From sequence record AP018399.1: DNA of 64,000 bases, one strand, 5' to 3'. Of the stretch, positions 30,942 to 39,528 are shown piece by piece. Numbering within the stretch: the first letter of the stretch is position 1; each line of letters starts with the position of its first letter. Made by a program: the position numbers and the translations under genes. Under the pieces are notes generated by a model, which had not been told where the DNA came from, made no database searches, and saw nothing but the letters and a program-made list of their open reading frames with translations.

Positions 30942-31042
30942 GTCAACTAGTAGCTTAATAGGAAAGCGGCCGGGAGCGCCCGGTAATAGCACGAAACCCT
31001 TGTGGGTTAGCGATGTGGGCTGCGATACCCACCTAGTTGACA
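30942..31042 (+). ncRNA. tRNA-like RNA with 8-9 bp acceptor stem
   Basis: GTCAACTAG/CTAGTTGAC, D-like arm, T-like GTGGG/CCCAC; no CCA. Confidence 0.5.
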
Positions 31043-31114
31043 ATCTCTTCATCTTCCCCTACAATTTGCCTCGTTGTTTTAACCCTTTCATTTTAACCAA
31101 CCAAGGAAATTACT

Positions 31115-32026
31115 TTGAAGAAGATTTTTACCCTGCTGTTTGCGTCCATCATGGCCCTGAGCCTGTCGGCCTGTCGTGGTGAACTGGTGGAAGTCCCGCC
31201 TGCCCACGTCGGCAAAATCATGACCAAGGACGGCTACCGCGAAGGCGTCATCGGTACCTCCAAGTTCCGCCTCGACGTGTGCTACAACTACTGCGACAAG
31301 CTGGTTCTGCTGCCGGTCGCTGACCAAGCGAACATCGAAACCCTCGACATTTTCATGCCGCAGGACAAGCTCAAGCTCAAGGTCACCATCCGCACCAACC
31401 TGACCATCACCGACAAGAAGCAGATGGACTCGCTGTTCAACAGCGTTGCTCCTACCGAGTCGGAAGAGAGCCAGAAGGTTGCCCGCATCGGCCGCGATAT
31501 CGTCTACAAGACCTATGCGCAGCAGATTATCCAGACCGAAGCTCGCGAATACCTGAGCCAGTTCACCATCGCCGAAGTCGCAAGTTCGATGGAGAAGGTG
31601 AATGCTGACCTGTCGGCCCGTCTGTCGAAGGCCATCAAGGAACGCACCCCGTTCAACGTTCGCTACGTCGGCATCACTGGTATCGAATACCCGGCCATCA
31701 TCACCGAAGCGCAGGAAAATGCTGCGAAGCGTCGTGAAATGATTGAGCAGGAAAATGCGCAGAAGCAGGTTGACCAAGTGAAGCTGGAACGCCAGTTGAA
31801 CGAAGCTCAGTTGCAGCGCAAGATTGACGTGGAAAAGGCGGAAGCCGATGCCGAAGCTGACCGCATTCGTGCCGTCGCTGCCAACAACCCGGCCGTCATC
31901 AAGCTGCGTGAACTGGAAAATGAGCGTGCATGGATTGACGCTTGGAAGGCTGGTGGTTCGCAAGTCCCAAGCGTCGTGACCGGTGAGCAGGGCAGTAACT
32001 TCCTGATGCAGATGCCGAAGAAGTAA
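31115..32026 (+). CDS. SPFH/band-7 family lipoprotein
   Basis: Lipobox LSAC, SPFH-like core and C-terminal coiled coil. Confidence 0.75.
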   Translation: MKKIFTLLFASIMALSLSACRGELVEVPPAHVGKIMTKDGYREGVIGTSKFRLDVCYNYCDKLVLLPVADQANIETLDIFMPQDKLKLKVTIRTNLTITDKKQMDSLFNSVAPTESEESQKVARIGRDIVYKTYAQQIIQTEAREYLSQFTIAEVASSMEKVNADLSARLSKAIKERTPFNVRYVGITGIEYPAIITEAQENAAKRREMIEQENAQKQVDQVKLERQLNEAQLQRKIDVEKAEADAEADRIRAVAANNPAVIKLRELENERAWIDAWKAGGSQVPSVVTGEQGSNFLMQMPKK

Positions 32027-32045
32027 TCCCGCACAGGGGAATGCA

Positions 32046-32074
32046 GAAAAGGGAGCCGAAAGGTTCCCTTTTTT
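32046..32074 (+). terminator. intrinsic terminator
   Basis: GGGAGCC-GAAA-GGTTCCC-TTTTTT. Confidence 0.85.
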
Positions 32075-32133
32075 GTTGACACAAGTTCTACATCTGGTAT
32101 AATTCCCTCATCATCAACGGAGAAGTTCAACAC

Positions 32134-32553
32134 ATGGTTCTGTTCCTCAATTACCTGCCGTACCTCATCATCGCTCTGGGTCTGTTCCTCTGCTACCGTG
32201 CCAGCGTCAAGCACAAGGGCACCGACAAGGTTGGCAAGAGAATCGTCCTCTGGCTGGCCCTGACCATCGTCGCTCTCATCGCCCTGCGTGCAGTGAGCAA
32301 TGGATATCTCGGCAAGGCTGTCGGTGCGAAGCTGGAAACCCCGACCGTGGAAGAACTGGCTACCGAAGCCGAAGAAGCCGCCCCCATCAAGGACGTGCTG
32401 CGCAAGCCTGACCGAACGGCCGAAGAGTCCGACAAGCACTTCGCTGCTCTGACCGACTGGCGAGCCGACAAGGCAGCGCGGGAGAACCCGCCGAAGCCGG
32501 AACCGGAAGCCACTACGGAAACGCAGGAACTTCCACTCCCCGCCAAGCAGTAA
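32134..32553 (+). CDS. membrane protein
   Basis: Two TM segments. Confidence 0.7.
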   Translation: MVLFLNYLPYLIIALGLFLCYRASVKHKGTDKVGKRIVLWLALTIVALIALRAVSNGYLGKAVGAKLETPTVEELATEAEEAAPIKDVLRKPDRTAEESDKHFAALTDWRADKAARENPPKPEPEATTETQELPLPAKQ

Positions 32554-32637
32554 AAATGAAGAGTCAAGTATCGAAAGGTACTTGACTCTTTCATTATGAA
32601 CGGTTATAATTTCGGCCTACTCCAACGGAACACCGAA

Positions 32638-34299
32638 ATGACCGACCAGATTGACGACACCGCCGAACGCATCAAGAAGCTGCTGATTTCGTTGGTGGAA
32701 AGGCTCGGCCCGGATGCTGACCCGGATATGGTCGCCGAGATTCAGATGATGCGTGCGGCCGACATTATCAAGTCGCACCTGACCGATATCACCAAGGCCC
32801 GTACCATCGTGCTGACTGGCGATACGTCGCACCTGTCGGTTCGCAGCATCATCCAGCGCCTTGCGGATATCGACAAGCCGAAGCGGTACGACTTCCAAGA
32901 CGACAACGTTCACGAACAGGAATTCCTGCGTGGCCTGCTGCATTGCGTCCCCAGCTACATCATGCGTGGCGACGTGACCAAGGAACAGGTCATGAATGCC
33001 ATCGACGGCAAGGAATGGCTGGAACTGCCGGAAGGTCGTGAGTACAAGTGCTACGACTGTGCCCAGCCGCTCAAGGTGGCGTTCAAGGGCAATGAAGTCC
33101 GTATCACTGCCGAGAAGGTGTGCGAACACAATCACACGTTCACCATCGAAGTGGATTTCCCCACGGGTGAAGTCGTGTTCGATGACTGGCCGGCTCGTTT
33201 CTCGGAAGCCCGTGATGCTGGTTTCATCACCGAAACCGATGATGGCGAATCCATCAACTACCTCAAGGGCCAGCGTCAGAGTACGGACAACTATGCCAGT
33301 CAGCAGATTGTCCATCACAGCGTCGGCAACACCTGTCCCACGTTCTTTGTGAACAAGGAAACGGGTGCCATCCAGATTGGTAGCCGCTGGGATGATGAGC
33401 AGGACGAACACGTCACTCCGGAAGGCATGGAGGATGTTGGTTCCTTCTGCACGGACCTGTGGTGGGTGACCATGCTCGACCGCAAGTTCTACGACACCAT
33501 CGTGGGCAAGCTGCCGCAGCAGAAGTCGAAGAAGTATTACGACAAGGAACTGCACATCGCGCACATTCCTCCGGGCCGCTATCGCTTTACCTGCTATGGC
33601 CGCACGGAAGAAGACATGGATATGTTCATGACCGGTGAACGTATCGGCGATGCCAGCGATTTCATGCCGCCGTTCGACGTGCTGGCTTCGAAGCGTCTCA
33701 TGACTCTGGACGAAGCCACGTTCAAGTACCTGTCGATGTGGGGTAAGCCGCGAGGCAATCCGCTGTCCGCTCGTTTCCGCTTCCTCGACTACGTGTTCAA
33801 CACCATCGGCAATGGCCTGCGTTCGAAGGGCGAACTGTTCAACGCTTACAGCATCGCCAATGATGCCGTGGGTGATGTGATTCCGCCTTCGGATGACCCG
33901 CTGGACAAGAAGAATCCCTATCCGAATTTCAAGAAAGAATACAGCACCATCTACAGCGTACCGCTGAAAGACATGCCTACGGATTGGCTGGAAGGCGTCT
34001 TGTGGTATTACGAAGAATGCAAGACCTACTTCGAAAATGGTGCGGAGGGCTATAGCTATGCCTACCCGTCAAAGCAAAACCGGGACGACGAACTCGCCAA
34101 GCACTTCGAAAAGTATCGCAAGGACGGACAAAGCGAAGAAGAATACTTCGCTGCGGTGTCCAAAGCATACGAATGTGAATTCCGGGGTGACATTCCGGAT
34201 TTCCAAACCCGACGCTGGGAAAAGGAAAAGGCTCGCATCCTTGCTTTCATCAGCGACACCATGAAGTACATCAAGGAAGAGCTTGACACGCGAGGTTGA
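32638..34299 (+). CDS. large hypothetical phage protein
   Basis: ~550-aa ORF; CYDC and CEHNH motifs. Confidence 0.8.
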   Translation: MTDQIDDTAERIKKLLISLVERLGPDADPDMVAEIQMMRAADIIKSHLTDITKARTIVLTGDTSHLSVRSIIQRLADIDKPKRYDFQDDNVHEQEFLRGLLHCVPSYIMRGDVTKEQVMNAIDGKEWLELPEGREYKCYDCAQPLKVAFKGNEVRITAEKVCEHNHTFTIEVDFPTGEVVFDDWPARFSEARDAGFITETDDGESINYLKGQRQSTDNYASQQIVHHSVGNTCPTFFVNKETGAIQIGSRWDDEQDEHVTPEGMEDVGSFCTDLWWVTMLDRKFYDTIVGKLPQQKSKKYYDKELHIAHIPPGRYRFTCYGRTEEDMDMFMTGERIGDASDFMPPFDVLASKRLMTLDEATFKYLSMWGKPRGNPLSARFRFLDYVFNTIGNGLRSKGELFNAYSIANDAVGDVIPPSDDPLDKKNPYPNFKKEYSTIYSVPLKDMPTDWLEGVLWYYEECKTYFENGAEGYSYAYPSKQNRDDELAKHFEKYRKDGQSEEEYFAAVSKAYECEFRGDIPDFQTRRWEKEKARILAFISDTMKYIKEELDTRG

Positions 34300-35500
34300 T
34301 GGGTTATAATAAACCCATGACCTACACCGTCCAATACGCAGACAAGAGTCGGCTTCCGACTCTTGTCGCTGCCTACCAACTGGTTGACCAAGCTCTCAAG
34401 GGCTTGGCAATCACGAAGGATTGCGCGGTTACGCTCAATCGCTTCTACTACGACAATGAATTCTTCCTCTTCAACTTCTCCGTGACGTTGAAGGGGACCA
34501 AGCCCTGCATGTACCTGCTTTCCATCCCCAATGACAGTGCGATGGGCATGATGGGCTGGACTATCCGCAGCAACAAGTGGAATGGTCAGCGGGAGCCAAT
34601 CGACTCGCCTGCGTTGTCATTCGGCCACTTCATCCGCAAGACGGACCACGACAAGAACAAGAAGAAGAAATGAACATCAACGAATACAAGAAGCGCAAGT
34701 TCCGTGAACTCAAGGCCAAGAAGAAGGCATTCGGCTTCGAACTATCGGTGCATGACCCGGCTTCCATCATCGCTGCCGCCAAGGCAATCGAAATGGCCGA
34801 ATGGATGGACAAGGGCGTTCTGGTCGAATTCAAGACCGATTACAACGCGCGTGAACTGAAAATCTATACCGATAACCCGGCTTTGGCTGGTGAAATGCGT
34901 CTTCTGTGTTGACAAATCATTGCCAGTATGATTAAATACTGGTAATGACAAACGAAAAAGACATAGCTACAAGGGTAGCTGAAAAAGAAGCTGAGATTGA
35001 ACGTTACAAAGAAATCCTCCACCGGTACCTAACCGGACCCTCACGAACCACTCGCTGGTACAACAACGGCAAGGTTCATCTGGAAGAGCTAGAAGCAGAA
35101 CTAGCTGAACTCAAAAAAGAACTTGACTCTCCAAGTTAATCTGCTATAATTACCCAATCTTCCCAACAGGAACACTTCAATGCCTTGCAGTGATGGTGGT
35201 GTGGCGTATCCCCCGAGCAAAGAAGAACTGGCCGAGCGCGCTTTCATCAAGCGTGCCCCCGGTATGCTCTGCTCGGCCTGTCGTGCGCTGGAATCGTTCG
35301 GCTACGACTTCGACCTGAACCCGGAACTCGCCGACTGGTGGGCCAAGCACAAGGCCGAAGATGCCGAGCGTGAGCGCAAGGAACACGCCAAGCGACTGGA
35401 ACTGGAACAGGTGAACGAAATCATCAAGAAGCCGTTCAAGAACCTGACGGCCGAAGAAAAGCGTCTGCTCAAGAAGCACAACTACCTCTAAGGAACCAAC

Positions 35501-36040
35501 ATGAAATACATTCTCCTGATTCTCGCTCTGATGTTCTCGGCTCCGGTCTTCGCACAGCAGACCGAACAGCGCACTCCGAGCGAACAACTGAACGCTGAAA
35601 TCGCTCAGATGAGCGATGCACAGAAGGCCGAAGCTCTCAAGGCCATCCATGCCGGTCAGTCCGATACTGCGGCCAAGGCTCGCGAGTGGATTGATATCGG
35701 CAATGGCCTCGGTGCTGGTCTGGCCGCTACCGCTGAAAAGCTGGGCGTGGTTGCCAACGACTTCGCCAAGTCTCCGGTCGGCAAGCTGGCAATGGTTCTC
35801 ATCATCTGGAATTACATGGGTGATGACCTGTTGGGCGTCATCATCGGCTTCCCGATGCTGTTCCTCGGTGGCCTGATGTTCGTCTACCAGATGCGCAAGA
35901 CCTATGGCATCTACAACGAAAAGGGCAAGTTCATTCAGTACGACGTGGTTGCTCTGAATGACAGCCGTTGTGGCCCCGGTGTGTTCATGAGCATCGTGTT
36001 CGTCATCTACACCATTGTGTCGATTGTCGTCATCTGCTAA
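35501..36040 (+). CDS. exported/membrane protein
   Basis: Signal peptide and TM helices. Confidence 0.75.
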   Translation: MKYILLILALMFSAPVFAQQTEQRTPSEQLNAEIAQMSDAQKAEALKAIHAGQSDTAAKAREWIDIGNGLGAGLAATAEKLGVVANDFAKSPVGKLAMVLIIWNYMGDDLLGVIIGFPMLFLGGLMFVYQMRKTYGIYNEKGKFIQYDVVALNDSRCGPGVFMSIVFVIYTIVSIVVIC

Positions 36041-36046
36041 GATAAC

Positions 36047-36122
36047 GGCCCGTTAGCTCAGCGGTCAGAGCAAGAGCCTCTAAAACTCCGGGTCGTGGGT
36101 TCGAATCCCACACGGGCCACCA
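36047..36122 (+). tRNA. amber-reading tRNA (CUA), A73
   Basis: 76-nt cloverleaf, loop CT-CTA-AA, CCA. Confidence 0.85.
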
Positions 36123-36129
36123 ATCAAAT

Positions 36130-36205
36130 GCTTTCGTAGCTCAGCGGTCAGAGCAAGAGCCTCTAAAACTCCGGGTCGTGGGTTCGAATCCCACCGAAAG
36201 CGCCA
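36130..36205 (+). tRNA. amber-reading tRNA (CUA), G73
   Basis: Same D/AC/T arms as the previous tRNA but a different acceptor stem. Confidence 0.85.
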
Positions 36206-36245
36206 AGTTGTTGACAAACTCCCATCACTAAATTATACTTGTGCC

Positions 36246-36560
36246 ATGAACGAAATCATCCAGAAGATGTTCCCCACTGGCACTCTCAATGGCCGTGGTG
36301 GTACCGAAGTGAACGGTCTGACCAAGGGCACGGTTCCGGCTGGTACCATTCTCAAGAGTGGACAGGACAAGTTCGACAACAAGGGCCGTCGTGAATTCTA
36401 CGCGGTCGAACTGGATGGGCATGTCGCGTACCTGCGAGTGTGCGAAGCATATCCGGGTAGTGGCTATGACGAATTCGCGGTTATACATCGCGTCGTCAAA
36501 GCCGAAGAGACGGAAGAAGTGAATGAAATTCTCAACACCGTTTCTCGTATGACCAGCTAA
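36246..36560 (+). CDS. hypothetical protein
   Basis: ORF with promoter. Confidence 0.65.
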   Translation: MNEIIQKMFPTGTLNGRGGTEVNGLTKGTVPAGTILKSGQDKFDNKGRREFYAVELDGHVAYLRVCEAYPGSGYDEFAVIHRVVKAEETEEVNEILNTVSRMTS

Positions 36561-36630
36561 AAAGTAGTTGACAAGTTCGATTTTTGTAGTAAAGTATCAA
36601 TCTCGGTGACGGCATAGAGGCCACTCACTG

Positions 36631-36660
36631 GTTCTTTAACAACTTGAGCGGAAACAAGTT
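36631..36660 (+). promoter_or_regulatory. boxA (GTTCTTTAACAA) plus hairpin AACTTG-AGCGGAAA-CAAGTT
   Basis: Matches the rrn/nut boxA consensus, downstream of TTGACA at 36568. Confidence 0.65.
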
Positions 36661-36851
36661 CATAGACTGAACATGCCTCGGTAGGTCAGTATGGTGGCAA
36701 CACCATCTGGGGATGAGGACATGCTAGGAACCAATATGCTTTGGATACGCAGTGGTCGTTCACTAGCCACGACTACGGTATACGCTATCAGCACACAATA
36801 TGCATTGAATGTGCGGCGATTTGAAAGCTAGAGGCGTGTTCAATCTATGAA
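36659..36851 (+). ncRNA. unknown ~190-nt structured RNA
   Basis: 21-bp terminal helix and an internal GNRA hairpin ATGGTG-GCAA-CACCAT. Confidence 0.6.
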
Positions 36852-36855
36852 TTTT

Positions 36856-36980
36856 TGGTAGGTAAGCAAGTGGGCAACGTAAGACGGCAATGGTGTAGGT
36901 ATCCGTGAGGTATCAGAGTACGGTTGAGTCTCCCAGAAACCGTTTCAACTTCGTGAGTTCGAATCTCACCCTACCAGCCA
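36856..36980 (+). ncRNA. tRNA-like RNA (Tyr-like body) with large central insertion
   Basis: TGGTAGG/CCTACCA-GCCA; T arm GTGAG-TTCGAAT-CTCAC. Confidence 0.7.
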
Positions 36981-36987
36981 ATTCTAT

Positions 36988-37052
36988 GCACAGGTTACTT
37001 GGAAGCATCCGGTTGCGCACCGTGATGGGTGGTTCGATACCACTTCTGTGCC
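36988..37052 (+). ncRNA. D-arm-reduced tRNA-like RNA (loop TTGCGCA)
   Basis: GCACAGG/TCTGTGC and a T arm; no CCA. Confidence 0.5.
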
Positions 37053-37066
37053 GCGATTCGTATAGT

Positions 37067-37213
37067 ATTCTGATGGCGAAATAGGTAGACGCGGGGGTCT
37101 AGGCCAATATGGAGAAGGGAGCTAAACATTCCCTCTGCTGCTCATGGTCGGAAACTGCTGTGAAAGCGTTGCAGCAAAACGCTGACCGTGTGGGTTCGAC
37201 TCCCACTCAGAAA
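37067..37213 (+). ncRNA. tRNA-like RNA (Leu-like body) with extended anticodon arm
   Basis: Leu-type D loop GGCGAAATAGGTAGACGC, V arm and T arm; ~60 extra nt. Confidence 0.65.
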
Positions 37214-37224
37214 TTACTATATAA

Positions 37225-37620
37225 CAGTATGGTCGTAATCCCTTTAAAATGAAGGGCGTTCGGACGCGGGTTCGATTCCCGCCACGTCCACCACATGCAT
37301 CTTATAGCCAGAACTGAATCTGGTAAGAGGTAGTCAGCCACATTGAACCTTTCAGTAGAGCGCTGACCTAAGTCGCATGTAGTAACCCGCTTTAGGGTGC
37401 AAGTGATGGGCGTGCCAAGGTTTCGACGGGCGAAGATAGTGGAGAAGGCGACTAGCCAGAGTAGGCTCTAAAACTAAAACCTAAAGTAACTGCCAACGCA
37501 AATACTTTCGATTACGCACTAGCTGCCTAATCCCAAGCACATCCAGCACTTGGTCACCGAACGCTGGGCAATAGCAGTCCTTGGACTGTCTATTGTGAAA
37601 CATCTTCTGGTTCAGCCAGC
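37225..37620 (+). ncRNA. ssrA: circularly permuted (two-piece) tmRNA; tag ANANTFDYALAA
   Basis: Acceptor piece ending CACGTCCACCA (37293) precedes the 5' GGGCGTG (37408); G3.U70; tag 37492-37530; outer ends approximate. Confidence 0.85.
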
Positions 37621-37637
37621 CTAGGCAAAAGACGCAT

Positions 37638-37727
37638 GGCGGTATGGCACTCCGCATACAGAGGGTGTATTCACAATATGCAGTTCGTTATTGAGAGGAA
37701 ATGTAGGTTCGATTCCTACGGTCGCCG
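37638..37727 (+). ncRNA. degenerate tRNA-like element
   Basis: T arm GTAGG-TTCGATT-CCTAC and weak acceptor GGCGGT/GGTCGCC. Confidence 0.35.
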
Positions 37728-37857
37728 CAGACCCCACTATGCTGGTCTGTGAAAAACAGTCGATATGGGTTAATATGGAAAACGCCTCTCATCTTTCAAA
37801 TAGGAGTTGACAATGAGCATTGTTTTTGCTACTATGTCGGCTTCTGTAACAAGCTAC

Positions 37858-38051
37858 GCCCTTGAGTAAGACAGTCAGGGAGTAAGCTCTTAATGTGAGC
37901 ATGGTCGCCCCCACCTTTTGATAGGCTAGCCGGGGAGAGGTTCGAATCCTCTAAGCACCGTTAGGCTGAGACGAAAGGACTACGTTGCGAAGCATTGCAC
38001 GCCAATTCCGGAAACGGCTGGTAGTGTTAGCATCCGACTACAAGGGCACCA
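37858..38051 (+). ncRNA. 194-nt tRNA-like RNA with ~88-nt insert between T arm and acceptor 3' strand
   Basis: GCCCTTG/CAAGGGC-ACCA; internal AGAGG-TTCGAAT-CCTCT. Confidence 0.65.
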
Positions 38052-38104
38052 AATTAGGTGTTGACAAACGAAGAAAGTATGGTAATATGTACTTCTTCAC
38101 CGGT

Positions 38105-38192
38105 AACCACTGACGATTGGCCCACCGCAAAAGGGCCGAAACAGAGAGACACAAGCGAGTTTACCTCCTTCCTCGCCGTCTCCTGTCTGGTT
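38105..38192 (+). ncRNA. hammerhead ribozyme-like RNA (type I), predicted cleavage after GUC at 38187
   Basis: CUGACGA, stem II GGCCC/GGGCC, GAAA, stem III ACAG/CTGT, stem I AACCA/TGGTT; extra UU after A9. Confidence 0.7.
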
Positions 38193-38214
38193 TGACAACT
38201 TGAGTGCGGAAACA

Positions 38215-38995
38215 ATCTCAAGGTGGAATAGCGTACAGTGATGTGCGTAAAGTGTGGCCCGCTCAGGCTGCGCACCATGCAAATGGCTCCATCAAACAAG
38301 CACCGACTCCGGGGCACGCCAAAAGTGTGTCACGGCCCTTGTGAAGAACCACGAGGGAACTTGGAAAAGGTGCCCGACAAGCTAGTCTTGGGACAACTGA
38401 GACAGTTTCCACCCGCAAAGTGGATTAGGGATGCAACACGGATACCAAGCACTAGTCAAGGTGTAGAACATAAGCATGAGGCTGCAACCAAGTGCGATGT
38501 TCAGTGAAGTGGGACTGTTTAACAGGCAGAACCGCATATACAATCCGAGTAGCCGCAAGCGAAAGGATACAGGGGCGTGTTGTATTTGGTACTTCAAAAG
38601 GGTATCGAGCAACGGCAACACACGTCCTGAGCAACAAAACAACTTCATAGGTTAATGAAATTAATTAAACGCAAAGTTGTTGCCGGTGCATGATGAAAGT
38701 GACGTAATGCTTGACACGCAAGTGAATCAAGCCATTCCGAGGCTCGCAAGGCAGAGGGGTGTTGTGGGAAAGTCGCACGTTTGGGGTCGAACCCTTTACT
38801 GCTCGCAAGGCAGGCGGTAGACAGAACCATGAATAGTCATGCACGACAGTGGAAATGCCACCACTTTAATCTAGGCCGTCATGGTTGCTACTCACATGAG
38901 TGAGTGGATAACGGTAGAAACTTCGCTCGCAAGCGGAGTATAATGACCGGAAAGGTAACCAATCAATGCTGTAATCTCAGGCAGGCTTTTCCAAT
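38215..38995 (+). ncRNA. giant ornate ncRNA, GOLLD-like (~780 nt)
   Basis: No credible ORF, many GNRA hairpins, tRNA context, GGCGTGTTGTA..CAAAAGG and GTAATCTCAG motifs recalled from GOLLD. Confidence 0.6.
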
Positions 38996-39052
38996 AAATT
39001 CAAGACCTTGCAGCTTTAAGCGCAATCACACTAAATAGATTTACATTTCTAT

Positions 39053-39138
39053 GCGGGTGTGGCCGAGTGGTCGATGGCACTAGTCTTCCAAACTAGACTC
39101 AGAAATGGGCGCGAGTTCGAATCTCGCCACCCGCTCCA
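39053..39138 (+). tRNA. tRNA-Gly(UCC) with long variable arm
   Basis: Loop CTTCCAA, U73, V arm CTCAGAAATGGG. Confidence 0.85.
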
Positions 39139-39263
39139 AATTCAAAGAATTCAAGACAGATGTACACTGGACTGAATCGTCATTAGCGCCCAAGGGTGCA
39201 GAGAGTTCCGCTAGTATCTCGCTGCAACGACGTTAATGAATGTTCGACTAGCTCCAAATTTGA

Positions 39264-39342
39264 CGCGCGGTACAATCAATATCGGCAGATGGGCACCCTC
39301 ATAAGGTGTCGGTTGGGAGTTCAAGTCTCCCCTGCGCTACCA
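39264..39342 (+). tRNA. tRNA(CAU), initiator-like C1 mismatch
   Basis: C1.U72; lacks the three anticodon-stem G-C pairs. Confidence 0.75.
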
Positions 39343-39443
39343 AACCCGGATAGGGTAGCTCCCTATCCTTCGTAGGTGTGACCGGCTCTCATGAGGCTTG
39401 TCGGTTCTTGACTGAGCAACCTACAACCAATTCGTAGTACAAT

Positions 39444-39528
39444 GGGCGTGTGGCGGAATTGGCAGACGCACTAGATTTAGGTTCTAGCGCCGCAAGGCGT
39501 GTGGGTTCGACTCCCACCTAGCCCACCA
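39444..39528 (+). tRNA. tRNA-Leu(UAG)
   Basis: Class II cloverleaf. Confidence 0.95.

Noticed and set aside
36047-36205. Pyrrolysine tRNA or whole-genome TAG recoding
   Set aside because: The tRNAs have canonical, not Pyl-type, geometry; long genes here contain no in-frame TAG, and a few genes end in TAG.
30282-37213. Anticodon-arm inserts as group I or BHB introns
   Set aside because: Too short for group I, no P7-type motifs, and I could not find an excision that restores a canonical anticodon stem.
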